Assembly (NCBI GenBank): GCA_048128005.1
Contig: JBEUKZ010000016.1
Span: 310,001 to 374,000 of the forward strand
Origin: Veleropilina oligotropha
Lineage: Eukaryota
Direction: 5' to 3'
DNA length: 64,000 nucleotides
Shown here: positions 60,301-64,000 of the stretch, in pieces
How positions within the stretch are numbered: the stretch's first letter is position 1
How the letters are laid out: the number at the start of each line of letters is the position of its first letter
Position numbers and translations under genes: made by a program
The notes under the pieces: model-generated
Seen by the model: only the letters and a program-made list of their open reading frames with translations
What the model was told of the DNA's origin: nothing
The model's database searches: none

Positions 60301-62117
60301 CCCCAAAATAGGCGAAATAGCCACAGATGTCAGTAGGATGTCGCCGATGCCCGTACGACATCTACAAAAACACACATCGTACGGGCGCCGTATCCGCTTA
60401 CGATGTATTTGTGACATAGGTAAGTGTGCAAAAAATAAATGTAGTATGGGGTGAACCGATATTGTCGCAAACTTTATTTGGGCGAAACTCCCAGAAACCA
60501 ACGTGTAAGATCACCGTGAATGAAAGACCTAGGTCTTTTAATCGATTTCGATATTTACTACATTAATTCATTAATATATGTTATATTTTATTTTTGGATA
60601 TGATAATCAGTTACTAACCAGTTACAAAGGTGGATCCAAGATTTTGAAAATGAGAGGGTTCAACTTTGACCAAATATACTATCAAATCTCCTCACGGATG
60701 GGGGGGGGGGCGGGGGGGGCAGGGCTCCACGAGAAAGAAAATTTTGAAGGCCCCTCACCTGTATTATCACAGTGCAAATGCAATATTTCTTACCGAAATT
60801 TTACAATGAGCTGTGTGCATGGGGAATCATTGGTGTTCACATTTTGGTATTTAAAACAGTGAAACAGCTTCTCCTGCGCATTCTGAGGTTGAAAATGAGA
60901 TTTTTTTAGTTTACTATTATTGGTGTGTATGCGGATGGGGGCCCACGTGCAAGAAAAATTTAGTTCTGAAAAGTGTGAATCACCTTTCTCCTGCGTATAG
61001 AGGCTGTAAATGCGATGTTTTTAGTCAACCCTATATATATATATTTATGCACAGTTTTCATCATAAGTGTATTTCATAAAATTTTAGGGAGGGGGGCATG
61101 CCTTTACATGCAACCACATTCACTAAATTTATGAGTCAATTTTTTTTTTTTTTAAACAAATAACATGCATTTCTGATTTCCAATTGAGGGGGGGGGGGGG
61201 GGGGGGGGGGATTTTAACAATAATGGTGTGAAGCCCACTCTCCTGCATTCTGACAGTGCAAACATGCAATTTCTTTTAAAAAATATTTAATTTTCGTTTT
61301 TACACAATCAAACTGTTTAACACATACATTTCTGATTTTCAAAAGGGGAGGGTGCGGACCCCCTCTGGATCCGCTAAGGCCAAATAAACAAAATGATTGG
61401 TTTCTGTTACATGCTCATCAAAATTAGGGTAGGTAAGTAGGTAAACATTTTTATAATGTTATTAAAAAAGGTGTATATTTATGTGATTTAGTTTGACAGT
61501 TTTCATGCCTACATAGTGTATTTAAAAATAATTTAAATGCATTTCAATTAATACAAATCGATTCTGTATGACATATAATGCTATATATATATGTAATGAT
61601 TTTAACATTGAAACTGCAAATTGTGCCTTGTGTTCCAATGTGAACATATAAGCAAAATATTTTAATTATGCCTCTATGTTATAAGAATAAAAACATTCTT
61701 GACAAGAATTAAGGACAAAAACATGGTCAAATAACTTATTTTTAAGAAAAAAAATGTACTACCATGCATTATAGCTTTGAATTAAAAAATGCAAAGTATT
61801 CATAATACAAGAATTTTAAAAAATAACGAGAAATTACATCCTTCAAATGCATATTATTATTTTTTAAATTTGAATGTATTTGAAATGACCATAGGTGGCG
61901 CATGTGGTGCTCTCATAATGGTGTCAGTTTCAGCAAGCACTTAACGACGAAAACTAAAAGTAACTGTCAAAACTTGCTGTAGTTTCATGCATTGATTATT
62001 TGAAACAAATGGCATGCGTTTCTGTAATACCTGCTCAGCAACCGTTCTAAATAAGCACGAGCCATCTTTTGCCACTGGTTTTCTCCAAAGACCCAAACTA
62101 CTCAAATACGCGTCCAT
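3294..62117 (-). CDS. OTUD4: Host spliced gene: OTU-domain deubiquitinase with Tudor domain (OTUD4/ALG13/Drosophila otu family); 3' part incomplete or outside the window
   Basis: 13 GT-AG exons join in consistent phase: 62117-62031, 50344-50261, 49616-49566, 49022-48976, 48643-48571, 47528-47447, 46954-46816, 31162-31102, 10899-10779, 10211-10147, 8506-8400, 7351-7296, 3385-3294. The joined protein contains AKDGSCLFR (catalytic Asp/Cys loop), [29 protein letters not shown] (catalytic His), [30 protein letters not shown] and GDKCQV...[17 protein letters not shown] (Tudor). The symbol is family-level. Confidence 0.9.
5062..6762. mobile_element. Non-autonomous TIR DNA transposon, 1.7 kb
   Basis: TIR CAGGCTTGCACAAATT / AATTTGTGCAGGCCTG (15/16); direct repeat TACAA on both flanks; subterminal TTGCGTAACCC / GGGTTACGCAA. 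Confidence 0.7.
5296..5760 (+). mobile_element. HINE/DINE-like (Helentron-associated) element nested in the TIR element
   Basis: AACTAG start, sub-TIR GGCCCGCCTT / AAGGCGGGCC, two core repeats of about 160 bp, GACG microsatellite, terminal hairpin. Confidence 0.65.
7296..7351 (-). CDS. OTUD4-like exon (Tudor end)
   Basis: ttttcag|[18 protein letters not shown]|gtgagt, 56 nt. Confidence 0.82.
8400..8506 (-). CDS. OTUD4-like exon (Tudor)
   Basis: cttgtag|[35 protein letters not shown]|gtgagt, 107 nt. Confidence 0.88.
10147..10211 (-). CDS. OTUD4-like exon (Tudor start)
   Basis: tgtacag|[21 protein letters not shown]|gtgagt, 65 nt. Confidence 0.88.
10779..10899 (-). CDS. OTUD4-like exon
   Basis: tgtag|[40 protein letters not shown]|gtatgt, 121 nt. 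Confidence 0.88.
11976..13472 (+). mobile_element. HINE-like element with internal tandem core repeats
   Basis: AACTAG start, ATGTCTCCCC / GGGGAGACAT sub-TIRs, repeated TGACCTTGACCTTTGA cores, 3' hairpin. Confidence 0.65.
13785..13936 (+). repeat. Left terminal inverted repeat (imperfect match extends to about 13977)
   Basis: Exact reverse complement of 28832-28983; preceded by TSD GTTTT at 13780-13784. Confidence 0.97.
14106..14387 (+). CDS. Small basic Cys/His-rich (double zinc-finger-like) protein, 93 aa
   Basis: ATG in gccATGG context; C-x10-CGRSC-x4-CNAH and [10 protein letters not shown]6-CRPC clusters; basic C-terminal helix. Confidence 0.65.
   Translation: MGGTNVCPWLTINAVGVCGRSCVNEFCNAHRRQIRMGITSPPPCKRCGKGTKSAVLVCRPCGGHRDAQALINTKNRARRLYGAVLRELLSRTT
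14446..18303 (+). CDS. Multidomain replicase, 1285 aa: Rho-N/HeH-like N-terminus, vOTU-like domain, divergent family-B DNA polymerase, SF1 (Pif1/RecD-like) helicase, HNH endonuclease
   Basis: [26 protein letters not shown] (Rho-N-like); DLNC323...HNGH408; PolB motif A ID547MKACYP, motif B SIIGKF, motif C VATD762SIY; Walker A GGGGCGK868T, Walker B IIWD933E, motif [12 protein letters not shown], motif [13 protein letters not shown], motif VI YLAVSRV; C-terminal CAAC...[24 protein letters not shown]. Confidence 0.88.
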   Translation: MDELRNLAKAYGIPARSKLKKNDLIRAIAGVRAAEFRRRLERAMKTGRFPSIRGDVENPHKRGRRARELRQIKDEVDAALQARKYEIRAEKTPGIRQKPLRAITDRIVKPHLRGLTRSRKETLAQAIARKGPDLLISKTPRTAQDYQKDLLGLLTTPEGQPFIDLDDQAPPPVKLPAKEPWVKLLNNAKDEFEVDGAAAAFSTWRVEVAGRLALDARMTDARAVQLLTALPKGEYVLRIKFLREWGQGDWVVEDKFDPVKAARKKGQGVFEISQDTKPGAITGVDKVYYENAYPVTAVVYGLYYLREPNPANLVPMKNGDLNCVAQRVIEHFEGALRGNGLTPTRRQKIQEWEERVHVTGATVDDISILERILKRAIILRDIAGEDIYSSGKYQGWHRPVELICHNGHAWSKDLHFPQSREVHLYEGDVWEAIRQATHNEPLAVWLLGGTDRQLNVDQFVLQDGRTYRTKDDHERLQEACTALGNESLADRAFGVNHAASIMAKENNGWKPTPASLLDDIQKACVEHGHGGLWNSMNYDTGDVCCIDMKACYPASFLGQGEAKPYFERFGHPTHSMTRVAINGPLPQEIGTGFAEVVEWEFAQDIHPVIPAWFGKHFAEMSWAPTALLAFLIESGMLKSLKIREAIITFRKQLEVWLPENRDQGCSIIGKFTQGAKADGKRLTRRLVIDQGELDFLVRDTRQSGSLVGAPQRCPMGHILTYYDGSQPRYAHLRASMLAYAHINLLSMLQRFTPDEAVRVATDSIYLKKASLEKLDDVTVYVAPRLCDCDEKSCVSCLIAEPYLPPVAPAQWRDKGEQLYMPQEHAAYLPKPEYRCAAKDVPPSTAPCYNDTLTHHRLSYLNGGGGCGKTTRAIELFRARNPIVFTPTHRLAKEMRTRGVKAQTYHSFFRWSGQNDWTPDRMGQKFIPRVIIWDEVCTVPRAILEMFLDWLGQHEVQVVCCGDQGQPPPITGEMPHDWLRKTADYYEEIEVDYRAKDDPALQALKRRIRLQPDKVQCGEMRRTLPSCLGWDRFVNTWRPGDLILTSRQKVRERAQQLLLQRHKEHFTDSPVPILYHPRDTRKQNIMVTIPGTNDREELVLNDVVEVTIEAAERAILTPDWRLGYALTIHSSQGLTIHDPQKVWIIDDYLQWSNLAYLAVSRVEYLHQLERVTCPPDEGSEDSPPPQTKQQLRKTIQRKLVAYKRQDQAKGLQGFNLKVDDILQLKEAHNNRCAACNIELLWAYQPKDTQQFSVDRVDNSRGHIRDNVRLTCLECNRKRGAAAAANA
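18293..19291 (-). CDS. Retroviral-like (RVE) DDE integrase of Polinton type, no C-terminal chromodomain
   Basis: HQAD(LLF), [14 protein letters not shown](PGREF), IVE(RFNRTL); intact D-D-E triad; SH3-like C-terminal segment. Confidence 0.95.
   Translation of the reverse strand: MDSKLARIYYSPKGYWKGIAAIKKLAEAAKASEVEARTWLKRQAIWQIYLPAPRRIPRPRFDVTTPNEVHQADLLFLPHDKVGRKTYKYALTVVDVASRYKEAEPLVTKEAKGVAEALSRIYRRSPLSWPKLLQVDPGREFMGAVSQLLANNNVEVRRGRVDIHRDQGIVERFNRTLAERLFGHQYATEMRFAESAKEGQRSTEWVARLPAVVAALNGEVTRLTGKKPKDAIKAPRVAQKPGATVPDRQGKELKLPSDVDVRYLYYDGELEGGRRRATDPVWSLKVYRLGRSVTKPDEPVLYYLLDGPPRGFVREELLVVPRDTQLPPVLRR
19557..19988 (-). CDS. Hypothetical membrane protein, 143 aa
   Basis: Hydrophobic N-terminus ([22 protein letters not shown]), central coiled coil, C-terminal TM ([18 protein letters not shown]); tiles tightly with neighbouring ORFs. 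Confidence 0.75.
   Translation of the reverse strand: MASIAMLVGGALVNALAFSGSNFLFSKLRSSGVDEERKRHDKAVEQLNAAQTKWSQQRAERLDWLNVELRRQGHAVGTFRDVDAAIREYALITGKNLDPTAMGGGPEPQLSDYYTPSDDQKGREITFIILGMAATGLVAYKLA
20020..20259 (-). CDS. Small hydrophobic protein, 79 aa
   Basis: ATG start, two hydrophobic helices, 12-nt gap from the upstream ORF. Confidence 0.72.
   Translation of the reverse strand: MTTPITDGKMLGNAVYHAAIVSGLAIGYARLGKMVFKGASPKLDFTGYDVGMVVLDVALAMATKDMLIKQGIIPADVLK
20272..20772 (-). CDS. Hypothetical protein with basic helix and one TM segment, 166 aa
   Basis: [25 protein letters not shown] basic helix; [20 protein letters not shown]; start chosen at MTTLEV. Confidence 0.72.
   Translation of the reverse strand: MTTLEVDQISAPSPPTERVTSSTDSSVSKKDPKKVAAGRAGAAARKVKQERLLADVRRLKEDARQVSVSEVPSDLPEAQPQQKHSGAPAEVTAVEKSATRKSDPFNWTQVAVAAGTVALVFVVWKTSSERSSGSSTPHQQPPAQARQPPTPTTTELKNEHNPFHVR
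20687..21442 (-). CDS. Hypothetical protein with N-terminal TM segment (start uncertain; MDSLID is an alternative)
   Basis: Long open frame in a co-oriented gene block; [15 protein letters not shown]; helical core. Confidence 0.7.
   Translation of the reverse strand: MSDAVYLAFACSQSLVLLLLVTLWYWHYRYIRLARRCWKRLRMDSLIDQLMDDEEETTVGGHGSTTKRCSQHEEPVSGSIGMAKKRERLAALAIGGDASKYLGRNLTVDRIDDMTDDEVEKHHARYEAKLGADMTKTLGTAAIQLYAGAAGMFLPIPPENQPRLVADLEADPFIAHALRGASCELYYKYGMWLAPLTAVLTTAKHCQFGHVCPPKISERERDQDDNAGSGPNFGTEPADREGDFFDRLISE
21484..22119 (-). CDS. A32/FtsK-HerA-family genome-packaging ATPase
   Basis: Walker A GQTGCGKT, Walker B LYIIDDC, Arg-finger/sensor motif GRH-x7-TQKY. Confidence 0.93.
   Translation of the reverse strand: MADLSPRCTSRRFPHPKDPHSAIICGQTGCGKTLFILELLEGEYLGVFKHIVILCPTIKFNQAYQSCPWIWTDPEVYLIPPGERLHDWLRGFYRLFQGESTLYIIDDCAASKALAKRRDMLTLLAFSGRHAEQSVWVVTQKYNSVLKELREQTRWVALFHCKDRDSFEDCLRENDVISSCDERTAVRRLLAETKHAKLLLKTDQPVAYSVL
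22091..23399 (-). pseudogene. Major capsid protein (putative double jelly-roll, about 434 aa) split by a frameshift near 23090-23095
   Basis: MASTYGR...[10 protein letters not shown] continues in another frame as [13 protein letters not shown]...[11 protein letters not shown]; beta-strand-rich; size typical of Polinton MCPs; adjacent to the packaging ATPase. Fold is inferred. Confidence 0.75.
23439..24731 (+). CDS. Coiled-coil membrane protein, 430 aa
   Basis: Acidic N-terminus, long heptad region ([25 protein letters not shown]...), [27 protein letters not shown], Pro hinge, amphipathic/TM C-terminus. Confidence 0.85.
   Translation: MAEFENPTFEPDIIDDDGEVGSTDWIEPVLSERPQEGTSSQRQEFVKDAVDDYYKALSEEGQTLPTWRDYSQFEYVEGEGLRLKKYPNIDLINSRSKKPNALSTLANRRGGGSAIRKGLGFEAWTRPEKRGKGGPKLSSKAVAALQTANNELSGAAANVENVELQDLGQTATKASVAIHTMETKFTDTEVEEFLSTMGDPPLNLRELRGLDKAMQTIRGELTNNLAKLTALDEHIELEKSKLDQADEEGGVEDFVRRRIAEHLRNLHDERAARLEAAGSSRKALRSQISRIREMLNRILHSDTTLAERIRTLFREQGVTIATILTAIGLVISTLVLALTGGAPSIAPTPPPPSGQGGVKEWVKKQLQNLGRILGKLAGKAAAALPGILGSLISWLINLVGKTASWLAENLWAVIISVGGLLLIAARQWVT
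24724..26001 (-). CDS. Hypothetical protein with C-terminal membrane anchor, 425 aa
   Basis: Intact ATG-initiated ORF, aromatic-rich globular core, C-terminal [17 protein letters not shown]. Confidence 0.85.
   Translation of the reverse strand: MAKSTFAFNRSAAYSTGVVYPARIKDEQLTRPSINVGNSSTTAFGADYPDVFQKYRLPNVARDGLIRDWQTTPMRFWQNKVNFAVWCATTGSGISSEDHLNATAALSTAVFTFHVYYQVRRILTEIQAPLPQDVTWDAFDTPYDRRAYEKICREFGVSPHTDWRVKGPNGGLGTAYSYWTNNGYHPIGREYDPSRMSFTKGTTNTNLHVDYIAQAPALSNGWASFILDKSAGFTRAGVERLNDSIRTYVWAILGAQAQTRASILGSGTAFDAQKQFLANVEDAIASPVDLPAAIKRYQEVLQYARSKVDFVFGVGLYMAPSNMLLRIGQVAGYNNEIVIATEDQTLGLNTTVNAASVPPNAAGETGETGLVIPQDADASIPVVTLKHPNAELAVAVPAVAVAHDEEKTALIVGGIVVGLAFIWLT
26006..26713 (+). CDS. Putative minor capsid protein (penton, single jelly-roll), 235 aa
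   Basis: V-x-PGFYS motif and C-terminal ILAVVPI...[29 protein letters not shown] pattern resembling Polinton/virophage pentons. Confidence 0.75.
   Translation: MFHTLTSVQEGTAVALLEPIDNREGNLCVSLQSLDYWVGWHNVHAGAFFQTPNTKVEVAPGFYSFDALAKTMRRSLVNIQLDVSRATGLARVVVPEGTRLAISADIRKLLGFNLAGWWLLMTYDKNKPADEPQWLPPGTYDGNKPVGFAIAATLHVHLEQLSTTHNVKDGAPSNILAVVPITSQIFGEAAHYHSYPALRRLQAGIITELKVYVTDPDGNPLDNHGMPISAVLEIQ
26710..27093 (+). CDS. Hypothetical beta-rich protein, 127 aa
   Basis: ATGA overlap with the penton stop and TAATG overlap with the next ORF. Confidence 0.7.
   Translation: MSTSIYGTTLPLLPLLADEPSSATQWHFVLSCGEAPKKGLARREFTIPNIGGRFGLNPALLMIHLTPVQPAGGAPKACSINSLGLDSDKLSLAFTIKAPWVGTMYLNVTVTVDIRNQQAEQYRYSHV
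27093..27725 (+). CDS. Membrane-hairpin protein with N-terminal PSAP/LYPxI late-domain-like motifs, 210 aa
   Basis: [14 protein letters not shown]; coiled coil; Gly/Ala-rich hydrophobic hairpin ([42 protein letters not shown]); helical C-terminus. Confidence 0.85.
   Translation: MDNKPSAPTLYPQIGGDVLSELPEAQSFRLQKVNEIQGQLERERDTRAALYKKYRRGVNVVDGIDNGLVVATLGMGSAGIGLLSTIVAAPVVLVLELAALGCGLASMGGKYISRRLQVKARKHDEIRVLADSKLNTITDHVSKALADGVMSDDEFQLVTGEMEKYQAMKASIRDKSRKAHTAISQTQSELIERGRLEGRAELLKKIGAGD
27811..28233 (+). CDS. Secreted cysteine-rich cargo protein (cystine-knot-like), 140 aa
   Basis: accATG start; signal peptide [20 protein letters not shown]; 8 Cys in the mature part, ending in CNC. Confidence 0.72.
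   Translation: MKSMLLLCIAAVCWLGGVSTQASRHDTALILEHTWARYRNHPRYNARFDPLRRNLLLRLGDPTPDVSPPSCHYYVIGENDCRPATPPDTVTCVQCSTPSLCPGKNGEYYTMLSGCFGAWRKIGHLSPCNCTLTSGNYIFI
28474..28540 (+). repeat. 20-bp tandem repeat, about 3.3 copies, in the element's non-coding right arm
   Basis: TGACCCAGAAAAAAAAGATT / TGACCCAGTGAAAAAAGATT / TGACACAGTGAAAAATATTT. Confidence 0.85.
28832..28983 (-). repeat. Right terminal inverted repeat (imperfect match extends to about 28792)
   Basis: Exact reverse complement of 13785-13936; followed by TSD GTTTT at 28984-28988. Confidence 0.97.
31102..31162 (-). CDS. OTUD4-like linker exon
   Basis: ttttcag|[20 protein letters not shown]|gtaagg, 61 nt. It bridges phase 2 to phase 0 exactly as the neighbouring exons require. 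Confidence 0.72.
32459..32892 (+). repeat. HINE-like element with a duplicated unit of about 180 bp
   Basis: 32560-32708 is nearly identical to 32736-32887; short microsatellite in each copy. Confidence 0.6.
33995..35407 (+). pseudogene. gag-like ORF1 with C-terminal Cys/His fingers; single premature stop at 35072-35074
   Basis: Frame continues after TAA ([11 protein letters not shown]...CTDCHSALH...[27 protein letters not shown]). Confidence 0.8.
35423..37011 (+). pseudogene. Reverse transcriptase/RNase H with a 1-nt frameshift near 36490-36494
   Basis: [38 protein letters not shown]; RNase [26 protein letters not shown] in the shifted frame. Confidence 0.9.
36990..37483 (+). pseudogene. 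Tyrosine recombinase, N-terminal half only
   Basis: SAM-like integrase N-domain ([12 protein letters not shown]...TIKLYLSAI), RLPIT and [10 protein letters not shown], then cut off by an unrelated repeat. Confidence 0.85.
38705..40285 (-). mobile_element. HINE-like element (reverse orientation)
   Basis: Terminal hairpin AGGGCTTCAAG...CTTGAAGCCCT, matching TTGAAGCCCT at the far end, tandem duplication of about 167 bp at about 38928-39255. Confidence 0.6.
42447..43272 (-). mobile_element. HINE-like element with about 4 core repeats
   Basis: TTCGCCCA / TGGGCGAA sub-TIRs, (TGTC)n microsatellite, repeats containing CGGTCCTC...AAAGATGATC...GGAAAGCGGATCC. Confidence 0.6.
44272..45612 (+). mobile_element. 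Tandem pair of HINE-like elements
   Basis: 44272-44880 is repeated at 44881-45612; ATCCCCCGCC / GGCGGGGGAT sub-TIRs; GGAC microsatellite. Confidence 0.65.
46816..46954 (-). CDS. OTUD4-like exon
   Basis: ttccag|[15 protein letters not shown]...SDKPD|gtaggg, 139 nt. Confidence 0.87.
47447..47528 (-). CDS. OTUD4-like exon (catalytic His)
   Basis: ttttcag|[27 protein letters not shown]|gtgagt, 82 nt. Confidence 0.9.
48255..48485. repeat. Minisatellite, unit about 36 bp, about 5 degenerate copies
   Basis: Recurring CCCCG(A/G)CA(T/C)CATGGGGTCTAAGGGATCGAGGCAGAT. Confidence 0.75.
48571..48643 (-). CDS. OTUD4-like exon
   Basis: ctttcag|[24 protein letters not shown]|gtgaga, 73 nt. Confidence 0.88.
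48976..49022 (-). CDS. OTUD4-like exon
   Basis: ttttcag|[15 protein letters not shown]|gtaagt, 47 nt, OTU variable-loop motif. Confidence 0.9.
49566..49616 (-). CDS. OTUD4-like exon
   Basis: gtttcag|[17 protein letters not shown]|gtact, 51 nt. Confidence 0.85.
50261..50344 (-). CDS. OTUD4-like exon
   Basis: ctttcag|[28 protein letters not shown]|gtaagt, 84 nt, phase 0/0. Confidence 0.88.
50482..51840 (+). mobile_element. HINE-like element containing a second nested HINE (about 50778-51410)
   Basis: Outer sub-TIR TATTCCCCG / CGGGGGATAC with GGCCATCTTGGAGGTCGGACC cores; inner ATGCCCCCAC / GTGGGGGCAT with cores of about 143 bp; an outer-family copy lies in reverse at 63040-63902. Confidence 0.65.
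52602..52683. repeat. DIRS1 internal complementary region (ICR)
   Basis: First half is the reverse complement of 52301-52344 and second half of about 59550-59587; they join at CAT|ATG. Confidence 0.9.
53500..54532 (-). pseudogene. DIRS1 tyrosine recombinase remnant
   Basis: [10 protein letters not shown]...SAVKGYRT N-domain, LGSLAKNQ segment, RAHEVRA (HxxR) at about 53632-53652; disrupted. Confidence 0.8.
54465..56270 (-). pseudogene. DIRS1 RT/RNase H/methyltransferase-like ORF with multiple frameshifts
   Basis: [17 protein letters not shown] (about 55810-55860), HIYLDDWLI (about 55735-55765), FLGVDFD, LFTDAS-x2-[44 protein letters not shown]. Confidence 0.9.
56300..58608 (-). pseudogene. 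DIRS1 gag-like ORF1 remnant
   Basis: Cys-containing N-terminus (MVRCNSGC...KCELC) followed by fragmented S/P-rich frames upstream of RT. Confidence 0.55.
59882..60420. mobile_element. MITE
   Basis: 15-bp perfect TIR CCTATGTCACAAATA / TATTTGTGACATAGG. Confidence 0.65.
62031..62117 (-). CDS. OTUD4-like first identifiable coding exon
   Basis: [29 protein letters not shown] followed by a GT donor. An in-frame stop lies 8 codons upstream, so this is the start codon or an upstream exon splices in. Confidence 0.88.
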
Positions 62118-63465
62118 AGGCCTAGGTAGTGCACGATATCACTAAGTCTTGCACTTGCGTTAATTTGACACGCTCTTTAAATTCACAGTCAAGTAACTTC
62201 AACAATTGAACAATTAAGTAATATAACAAATAAACATGAGTTAATATCGCACATATAAATTATATGTCGAATTAAGTGTTTTCCACACTTTAACACAAGA
62301 ATGAAGTTCTCGTGCACGCAAAAGTCTGAATTGGTGACGTCACGATTTCCAATTACCTAATCAAATACATGGCAGTCTATTGGTTCATTTCGTGTGTAAG
62401 TTTTGCATATTGTACATAAAGAACAAATTATAATTTTGCGCTGTTTCATTAAATAAATCAATATTAGATTTATCTATAAAAAATTTCGTTAAATTGCCAA
62501 ACATTGACGAAGTTACGCTACCTGGAAATTTGAAAGATAATGGTTTCGACCAATCAGCAAGCTCGTTGCAAACGATAACCGACAATCGCAGCCATTTTGT
62601 CTGCGAAATTGACAATGGTTCTCTGCCAACATGTTTATTGTTATTGTTTTGTTAACATGATCAATTGATGATACACGTGCAGCAACGATCAACACTGATC
62701 TTTGATCTTTTCACGCTTCTGTGAAATTAGCACTATTTAATTAGATGTACTAACGATTGACAGCCTGTTTCGCCAAAACAAGCACGGTTCAATGCCACAA
62801 ACGATAACATCGAATTTGACACAGTGACCAGAATCATGAGAATGACACCAAATGGTGATTGAAAAGTTTTAAAAGGTGGCATAAAATGTACCGACAACAT
62901 GGATGAAAAGGGATAACAAGGTGAAACAGCTAGTCAGAAAAAATTAGAACTATTATAATATAGCCAGTCACATTAAATAATTTTTTTAGTATTTTACAAT
63001 GATAACATGATCATAAACATGTGTAGGCCGATCTGTATTAATTGTATCCCCCGAAACGAAAGTATCGGGTGATACTATGGTTTAGCGTTCGTTATTCCGC
63101 GTCCGTCGAGAGATTCCTCGTGATCGCTCTAGGCAGGCCGTTTCTTAACGTAATGTTTTCAAATTTGGTATGTGCATTGGTTGGGGCTAGGACACGACGC
63201 CTATAAAATTTGGGTGTGGTCCGACCTCCAAGATGGCCGCTGTGGCCTCCATCTTGGATTTTAAGCATAATTCCTTGTGATCGCTCTAGACAGGACATTT
63301 CTTAACGGAATGTTTTCAAATTTGGTATGTGCATCGCCGTTTGTTGGGGCGAGGACACTACACCTAGAATATGAGTGTAGTCCGACCTCCAAGATGGCCG
63401 CTGTGACCTCCATCTTGGATTTTAAGCATAATTCCTCGTGATCATTTTGACAGGCTGTTTCTTAA

Positions 63466-63791
63466 GAGACTATTGCTCGTAAATGCCCTCTTTCTTTTTT
63501 AAAAAGAAAACTAACAGCATTACACTTTTTGTTTATAACAAAAAGTTAGGAATTTTCAACTTTCGACAGTAATTTGCTACCATTTAAATTAATCGCTATT
63601 GAATATTTAAAAATAATAAAACGCGGTCCGCGTTTAATTACCTCGCACCGAGTTTATTTCCAATTGACCTAGTTGGAGCACAGTTGTGTTGATTTGTATC
63701 AATCTGCGCGAACCGGGCAATAGATGGTGTCAGGACAACTTGTGCCAGAGACAACTCGTGCGAAAGAGCGCATTTACGGGCAATAGTCTCT
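63466..63791. mobile_element. TTAA-flanked (Kolobok/piggyBac-like) MITE inserted in a HINE
   Basis: GAGACTATTGC / GCAATAGTCTC TIRs with TTAA flanks; partial family copies at 1-176 and 31606-31980. Confidence 0.65.
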
Positions 63792-64000
63792 TTAACGGAA
63801 TATTTACAAATTTAGTATGTGCATTGGTTGGGGCTAGGACACCACACCTATAGAATTTGGGTGTGGTCCGATTAAGCATAATTCTTTGTGATCGCTCTAG
63901 TTAATTAAATACATGTTCAAAAGAAACAACGAATTGTGATTCGTACTATAATTATGCTTATTAGCAATATTATAGTAAACACATACGTTAAAAGTTTGTT

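Noticed and set aside
62521..62640. Upstream first exon of the OTU gene
   Set aside because: A possible donor and an AAAATGGC motif are present, but no protein similarity or clear phase support.

Overview
AT-rich animal (invertebrate-like) genomic DNA. A spliced host OTU-deubiquitinase/Tudor gene (OTUD4/ALG13/otu family) runs on the minus strand across almost the whole window, with 13 phase-consistent exons at 62117..3294. The main feature sits in one of its introns: a 15.2-kb GC-rich endogenous Polinton/Maverick-like virus (13785-28983) with 152-bp perfect TIRs and a 5-bp target-site duplication (TSD). It encodes an RVE integrase, an A32-like packaging ATPase, a frameshifted major capsid protein and a penton-like protein. 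It departs from canonical Polintons in four ways: (1) one 1285-aa replicase fuses a Rho-N-like domain, a vOTU-like domain, a PolB core with no recognisable exonuclease, a Pif1/RecD-like SF1 helicase and an HNH nuclease; (2) there is no adenain-like protease; (3) about seven ORFs are predicted membrane proteins, one starting with tandem ESCRT late-domain motifs (PSAP + LYPxI); (4) it carries a secreted cystine-knot-like cargo gene. Other introns hold a decayed Ngaro-like YR retrotransposon, a decayed but structurally complete DIRS1 element (ITRs + ICR), and many HINE/MITE-like repeats. All calls come from reading motifs by eye; no database search was run, so novelty is unverified.
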